DNA of 64,000 nt from Macrostomum lignano (taxonomy: Eukaryota): assembly GCA_002269645.1 (NCBI GenBank), contig NIVC01003063.1:23539-87538 (forward strand), given 5' to 3'. The notes beneath the pieces are model-generated. The model was not told where the DNA came from and searched no databases. It was given only the letters and a program-made list of their open reading frames with translations. Shown here one piece after another: positions 57,701 to 64,000 of this stretch. The translations under genes and the position numbers were made by a program. Each line of letters opens with the position of its first letter. The stretch's first letter is position 1.

Positions 57701-60700
57701 ATATCCTAGGGCAACCACTAACCAAACTATAGTCACCCATTGTACACTGCTAAAATGTACAGAAGTATAAAACCTTATATGAGCTATTAATAGACATCTC
57801 ACATGCGCTGAACCGTGAAGTGTGACTGGACGGACGCTTTCATCTACAGGGCTTGCATAGGATACGACGAATGTGGCGTTCTCCGACAGGCCGTTTAGTC
57901 TCCACCCTGTGAGCAAGTGCGCAGTTGCCAGCTGAACCTGCACTGTAGTTGGCGATGTTTGCGTGATTGTCAACACAGCGCTGCTGACCCAGTCGCAATC
58001 TGAAGTGAAGTTTGGCGATTAGCGTTTGAATTTCAGTTCTGATTGATTTTCCTACGGCAACCGCGTCTCACCTTCAGGATAGCCCAGCAGTTCTAGTCTC
58101 AGCAGTCTCTTCCTCACAAATCTGATTGGCAGAATTCTGACTACTCTGGCAAGAAACGGCTTAGTGAAGGACATCCGGTGGCCATTTCGTTGCCTGTGAG
58201 ACCGGTTCTGATGATCTGTAATTGACGAACATTTTGTGCTCTAAAATACCTATTTATCTTTTCAATTGTACTTCCAAGTTGAACAGTACTATTTTTAACG
58301 TCAATCTCACATGGCTTAGTCCTCCAGCAGAGTACTCAGTATAATTGAGCATTTCTGTCGAGCTGTTTCCATACCGAATTCGGCGGTCGTGACGTACCCG
58401 TCAAAGCCTCCAGTTGCGAAGTCCCAGACTCCGCTGCCCTGCCACACAATCCCGGTGATGCGGTGGATTACATCCAGCTGAATCTCCAAGAAGCTGCCGT
58501 CAGTGGCTGCTGCAAGTTAGAAATGCCTCATTTTAGCCTCAACTATCAACTGCAGCACTGCTCACAGCTGGGATCAATCAGCTCAATCAACTCAATCATC
58601 TCAATCAGCTGCCAAGCGACTCACAGTCAGAGAAGACGGCAGCGGGCGGCAGGCCGACCTCCTGGCCGCGATTCAGCGCTGCCATGAGCGGAGTCGGGTG
58701 CCGAAATGCATCCTGCGGACTGGCGGCTGTCGCATCGCCGACTGCCAGCTGATTGGCCATAATGCGACCGTCCTCGAGTCCGACATTTGAGTTGATGAAG
58801 TAGTAGGCAGCTGGAAATAAAAGAACTAGTTGACGTTAGAGTGACGCTGTTTACGAACTCCTGTAAACTCAGTTAAGTTTTTGTCGGAGTAAAGATTTGA
58901 TGTAATCAGCTCACCAATGCTGGGATAGCCGTAGACTTCGAACTCGCAGAGTGAGAGAGTTCCCAGCGATGAATGCTTTCGCAAGCCAGCGACTGAAGCA
59001 ACCTGTTGGTTATTATAGATCACCTCTAAGACTTGTACTTCTCGTTGAGAGTGAAAAAGCTGCCATTTATTTTCTGTTTAAAATGACGGAATCGCTACCT
59101 TATTGACGTTAATCTTCCACAAATGGGACTTCATGAAGCCGCCAGTCCAAGTTTCCAATATCGTGACTGCTGTCGCGTCCCACGGAGCGGCCGTGCTGTT
59201 GCTGATGTAAACACTGGCTGACTGCATGTCCTCGGATAAGGCCTGGACTTTGTCTGTCGGATCAGGGGGTAAATAGGGAGTCCAATAAGTGCGATTGATT
59301 TGTTTAAGGCGACACAGAAAATCTTCTGCAGCTCTGAGGACTCACCGAGTGTCTCGACCATGTCGACTATAAAGATGAAGACGATTCGCTGCGCCACTCC
59401 GAGATCCACGAACCAGTACAGATAAGGATCGGCGGTGCCGGAGTGCTGGAAGCAACGGCCTGACAGAGCGTGGCTCTCGAAGTTCCCGTCGACAGGCAGT
59501 CCTGTTGCTGCGTCGGAATTCGATCCGGTGGGCCGGTAGCGGGACAGCAGAATCGGGTTGGCGATGGCGTCTGGATATGGCGCATTCGGAACGGCAGGAT
59601 TGAGGCTTACAAACGCACTACTCTCGGACCTCAAAAAGCTAAACAATGCATGTCAATGTCCCAATATGCAACTGTTTTTTACTTACTGGCGGAGTCGCTG
59701 CAGCCGAGCAGCTGCCACTTGAACTCGAGTTTCCGCGTCCAGCTCAGCGGATACAGCCGGAAGCCCAACGCGACGGGCTCGGGCAGCAAGCGGTGCCGAG
59801 ACTCGTGCTGAGCCACGAAGACTCCGGTCAAAATCTGTGGAAAGAATTGAGGCTGTCTGTGTGAGTAATTGTTCAATGAACTCAATGGGGAAGCGCATGC
59901 AACTCACCCAGCCGTCTCGGTGCAGGCTCCAGTACTTGCCCTCTTCGCTCACCGCGGCCCTGAATGACGTCACGTAGTTAGAGTTGTCTCCGGCCTGGTT
60001 GACGATGGCGCCGCCGCCGATGGCCACCGCGAACAGCCGGCAGCGTCGTGGAAGAATCGCCTGCAGAGTTGGCGAGTTCCTCGACCGTTAGTCGGCTGGT
60101 GCGAAATTGGACTTCAAATTACTAGGCGGAGCAAGCTGCACCTCCAAATGGTACTTACCTGGACAAAGACTGCGGTAGTGGCTGGATTGTCGCTCAGGTA
60201 CGCAAGCAGGCTGGGCGAGAACGCACCCATGCTGCTGTTGTCCAGCTCATGGAACACCAGGTGCGGCGCCATCTTGCCAGCAGTGTAGGAGTCTGAATCG
60301 ACAACGAACCGCTTCTTCCGCCTTCTGTAGGGCTGAATGAGTCCGGAGTAGCCGATCTTGTTCACCTGGATGCCGTAGACTGAGTCCCAGCAGCTGCCCA
60401 GCGACTGGTTATTAGAGAACACCCTGATAATGGTGAGGTTGCTGCCAGCGCTTTTCGACTGCTGCCAGGTGACGCTGATGTTGGCGAAATCGTCCGTGTC
60501 GAACACCACAGGGTCGGAGAAATCCGAATCCAGCGATGTGAGCTCAAATTCTGCATAGCTGTAGTCCTTGTGCTCAACGGTGCAGCCGCTCAGCCTGATG
60601 TGGCTGCTGTTTCCCGTCAGCTTGACGATTTAACGTTTCTAGACAAGGCAGAAGTTTTGAGACCATTAATAATTTCCTGACCTATTTGAGTTTTATTGCA

Positions 60701-63700
60701 AGAGACTTTCTCACGTTTCTCATGGCTTTGTCGTATCCGTACTGATCCGTGAGCCAAATTTTTAACGTTGTTGTTTTCAAGCGGGCTTGGAAATGTACTT
60801 CCTGCTGAGGGATCGCGGCTGCCACAACGCCTCTCGGCATCCATTCCGGCCTCACTTGCACGTTCTCATCCAGAGTGTAGTCTGAGAAAGGAGAGTTGCA
60901 CTCGTAACAAATTACACAGTAACCTGTACATAAAAAATCTGTTTCTTCCGAATTTGGAGAGTACATGTAAACCTTCTACCTTATTATGCAGCCTATCCTA
61001 AGTTATTGTTTTCTAGAGCAAATTAAAGAGATGATACTTGTACTTACACTCTTTGCCATATACATGCAGAGCAGTGATGCTCAGCGGGGATCCGTGCTCG
61101 ATCCTCCGCACAATGGCCAGGTATCTGGACGGTTCAGAAGCGACGCAGCAACGACGAGCTTGGAGCTCAGGATCGGCACCTCGACAGATCCGCACTGGGG
61201 CCACGCGTCGAAGGCCGAGCCGCCAAGTGCCGGCTGCCAGACGGTGCTGGTGAGCAGCCGAACTCCGAACTGGCTGCGAGTGGCTTTCAGGGTTGGGAGT
61301 CGCTGCATCAGTCAGTTTCGATATGAGTACAACAAAGACCCTTTAATCCCCCATCCTTTTCGACAACTTTCAGCATAGCTAAAGTTGAGTCTTTACTATG
61401 CACCAAAGAAGCATCAATGCGGTTAACGTAAATGATTTTGCATCAGTGTTTCTCAATAACTCAAACTAAATATGAACAAACTACCTGTCTCCATGTCGAC
61501 TCCGGAGATGAGGTGCAGGCTCTTGAAGTCAACAAGCAGACTGTTGACTTGCGTTCCGACCACAGGTGCAACGCTATTAAGGACGAGCCTCAAAAATCCT
61601 TGCGCAGTTCTACCTCTGATGTTGACCTTCTGACCGTTATAGTAGATGGTCTTGAAGTAGGCGATGTTGTGTGAGTACGGTTGCGATCTCCAAGGCTCGT
61701 AGTCGTGAACTTCAATGAGTGAAAAAATATTAACGAGTATGATTACTTTTTCTGTTTCAGAAACAGTGTTTGGGTTTGTGAAAAGATGATCAATTTCCAG
61801 GGAATTTAGTCGCGGAATTTCTGTGGAAGGCGACGACCTCGCTTCGAAATTAAGGGGGTGTTGAGCCAGAAATAACAGTAGCGAATAAAATTCAACACAC
61901 AAGTATGATTTCTGTAATTTTAGTTAGGCAACTGGTATTTGCGTATTTTACCCAGTATAATTATTTTATTTGAACCGACTTCAACAGCCAAAAATAAGCT
62001 GAGTAGCGAAAGAAGAATATCTCAAATACTCGTAGCATAAAAGATTAACATAGGAGTGAACACAAATAGTGTGAGACCAGAGGGCAAGAGAGGGTGAGAG
62101 CACAGAGGATGAGAGTACAGAGGTGAAATCATATTGTTTCACGGAATTCTGCAACGCACCCGCGGATCGGAGACTTTCCACAAACCCTACTGTATTCAAC
62201 TAGGAGGTCTATTGGAACTCACGGCAGCTGTGTCGAATGCAGTCTTCTGTGGATAGTTTGCCGGATTCTCGGCAATAGGGTGATCTGCCTTCGGTGGCTG
62301 CATAAGTATAAATAATTAAAAAATGCATTGAGGAATTACAAACATTGGCTACTTTCGTTGAGTGAAACAATATTTCTGCAGGGCAAAAGCACTTACGACT
62401 GATGCAGTAATTGCGGAAGTCTCTTTTACTGCTCTTGGTTGCTGGCCTGCAAACCTGGCCCCTTGCAGTCACGTTGATCTTGTAGACAAAGTTCTCATAA
62501 TCACCAGTTGACAGAAGACAGTTAGCTGAAAGGTGCTACTAAATGCAAGTTTGAGAAAGCATAGCAAGTGCAAGAAGTACTAGATCGATAGTGAACAAGT
62601 CTTACCGCGCATTCGAACTCCGCTTCCAATGATGGAGCCAGCAGAGTCAAAGTAGGACGCAGAGAACGGGAAGCCCCGGATCGAAGCTCCGCTGCCTTCG
62701 CCAAGGAGCGGACGGTAGCAGTCTGGATCGGGAATGATGCACATGACCCAATGAAAACGATGTTAACAATCATAAGAACTGCTTTTGCTCTGGATTGTTA
62801 GCCGATGTTTACCTCTTTCGGCTGGCATCACAGTCACAATTCTCCTATTAAAGGCTGGCCGAGCACCTCCCACCAGATCGGGCGGCACGCTGCAGGCAAA
62901 CACAGTGGAGTTCGAATACTGAGTGCTGCTGGTGCTGAAGCCGCTCTGACTGCCCTCTAGCAAATGCAGCCGATCGTACAGCAGCCTGCGGTACCGGTTT
63001 CTGCCGGGGTCCGGCTGCTGAACACAAGCTCTACTGTAGCTGCCACCAAAGCTGGCCCTCTGATCCGCATAGGCCACATGACTCACTAACATCGTTACTT
63101 TTTCGCCTGAATTAGAGTTGAGTTCGTTTTTTAGAATGGAGTTTGCACATTGACATTTTGCAAAATGCTTAAGTGTTTAACGCACCGTTTCGTTGGGGTG
63201 CCTGCGGCAGCTGGCAGGCGAACATCTCCTTGGTCCCAGCTTCGTGTGCAACGATGGACGCTTGCATTGTGCTGTACACGCCGTAGATCTCAGACGGCTG
63301 GCCGAGCTTCCAGTGGAGTTTGGCACCGCTGTGCCGTCGAACCAGAACCAGCCGGAGTCGTTCCGCTGCATCCCGATGTGAATTCAAAATCGTTCCTGAA
63401 TGAGGAGAGTATTAAATTACTTCACGGTAAATTGTATTTGTAGCTACGCGTTTGTTTTGTAATTTTATCTAAGTTTTTTATCTGTTCTACGAGCGCTCAA
63501 TCTTAACGAATCACAAGTCCTGCATGATCTTTACACTAACTCGATTTTAGTTATCACCTCATTAACTGAATGCTCTTCCTAACGGAGAGGGAAATGTTGA
63601 ACGCTTCAGTTTTTTTGCTCCATGGTTGTTACTCGAATGACTAACTTACCGCAGCACTAATACCACAGTCATATACCTAGTGCAGTCCTAATACCACATC

Positions 63701-64000
63701 AGACTCACCAAACACTCAGGAAGCTCATCACGGCCGCGTCCTTCGGCATCAGTAAGCTGCCTCGGCCACCAGCCCAGAAGTAGGAGCTGCACAATCTGTG
63801 TGCACTGCTCTGCAGAGCCTTCACGGCGCCGAAGTGCAGGCAGATGTCTCCGTGTGGGGTGAAGCCTGGCGGACAGGGGCTGGCCTGGACGCCCCAGAGG
63901 GACACTTCCTCCGGCTGCAGAGACCCGTTGGTGACGTGGATTGTGAGATGGATCGGCGTCAGCAGCACCGGGAACTCGAATATCCATCGGGCTGAGCTTT
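51754..64000 (-). CDS. Copy B lectin-module exons paralogous to copy A 1539-13260
   Basis: Exon-by-exon collinearity with copy A. Includes a kringle-like pair of exons at ~62200-62490 (NVTARGQVC...RNYC...PYC...EDC). Confidence 0.85.
55333..55917 (+). CDS. C-terminal half of a Polinton/adintovirus-type major capsid protein (PY)
   Basis: KLTGIELYLEVIEP, NPRYIII, YMHGDVRSI...YP...DFSQNKISKFYSE and LYPMFGADVS resemble the Polinton double-jelly-roll MCP C-terminal pattern. 5'-truncated, with no ATG at the start. Confidence 0.7.
   Translation: MKLTGIELYLEVIEPKTALKADYLKAIEKEIDVAYTAYMCRDERNETRTNICIKEGSCCNPRYIIINMRNPNSIIRYMHGDVRSIQHEISDNLYPALPQNGDFSQNKISKFYSELVDLAVKGNNGIAITALQYGTLYPMFGADVSARQMPTDNSPVNIVTNIERAVATPVDLYIIYAFERKVKLNMINNSSSKV
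55953..56828 (+). pseudogene. Polinton-type minor capsid/penton (PX) gene, frameshifted
   Basis: IRLDPGAKYHVYL...WSNVPNVTAANNKFYY, RELGFEKKVY, GQMLVEKP and IHEIVLQFETEDGVGVDFNGEEFVLTLIIE. Joining them needs about four frame changes (~56272, ~56365, ~56597, ~56660). Confidence 0.8.

Larger units (their letters stand above)
37470..64000 (-). pseudogene. Copy B: polycystin-1-like gene (lectin modules - CLECT - FReD - EGF - Cys-rich repeats - PKD - REJ - GAIN/GPS - PLAT - TOP/channel) with multiple ectodomain lesions; 5' part beyond the right edge
   Basis: Domain order is that of the PKD1/PKD1L/REJ family. Frameshifts at ~63316, ~61150, ~58385, ~58178, ~48422 and ~42983, plus in-frame stops at 44955-44957 (TGA) and 43182-43184 (TAG, where copy A has TGG). 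Some indels could be assembly errors. Confidence 0.7.

Overview
Intron-rich animal genomic DNA with GC-rich exons, short AT-rich GT-AG introns and many transposon insertions. The style suggests a free-living flatworm such as Macrostomum, but that is inference only. Two very large minus-strand polycystin-1-like (PKD1L/REJ) paralogs lie in tandem. Copy A runs from a probable signal-peptide exon at ~34529 off the left edge. Copy B enters at the right edge and ends at 37470, after REJ, GAIN/GPS, PLAT and TOP/channel domains. Both ectodomains are long strings of F5/8-discoidin, C-type lectin, fucolectin-like, kringle-like and FAMeT-like modules. Copy B also has a C-type lectin, a fibrinogen-like domain, an EGF-like domain, three Cys-rich repeats and PKD repeats. 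Copy A lost these by a deletion that appears to be rescued by a new in-frame splice acceptor made from former coding sequence. Copy B shows at least 8 frameshift/nonsense lesions in the ectodomain and none in the membrane exons I checked. The most striking insert is a 2.14-kb mini-Maverick/Polinton at 55226-57365, with AGTAGT termini, 87-bp TIRs and a 6-bp TAAAAC target duplication, carrying essentially only capsid sequence. Introns also hold a solo LTR, a Tc1 derivative next to Crypton-like fragments, Helitron-type ends with minisatellites, a foldback palindrome, tRNA-derived SINE heads and several tandem arrays. All domain calls come from motif recognition by eye, not database searches.
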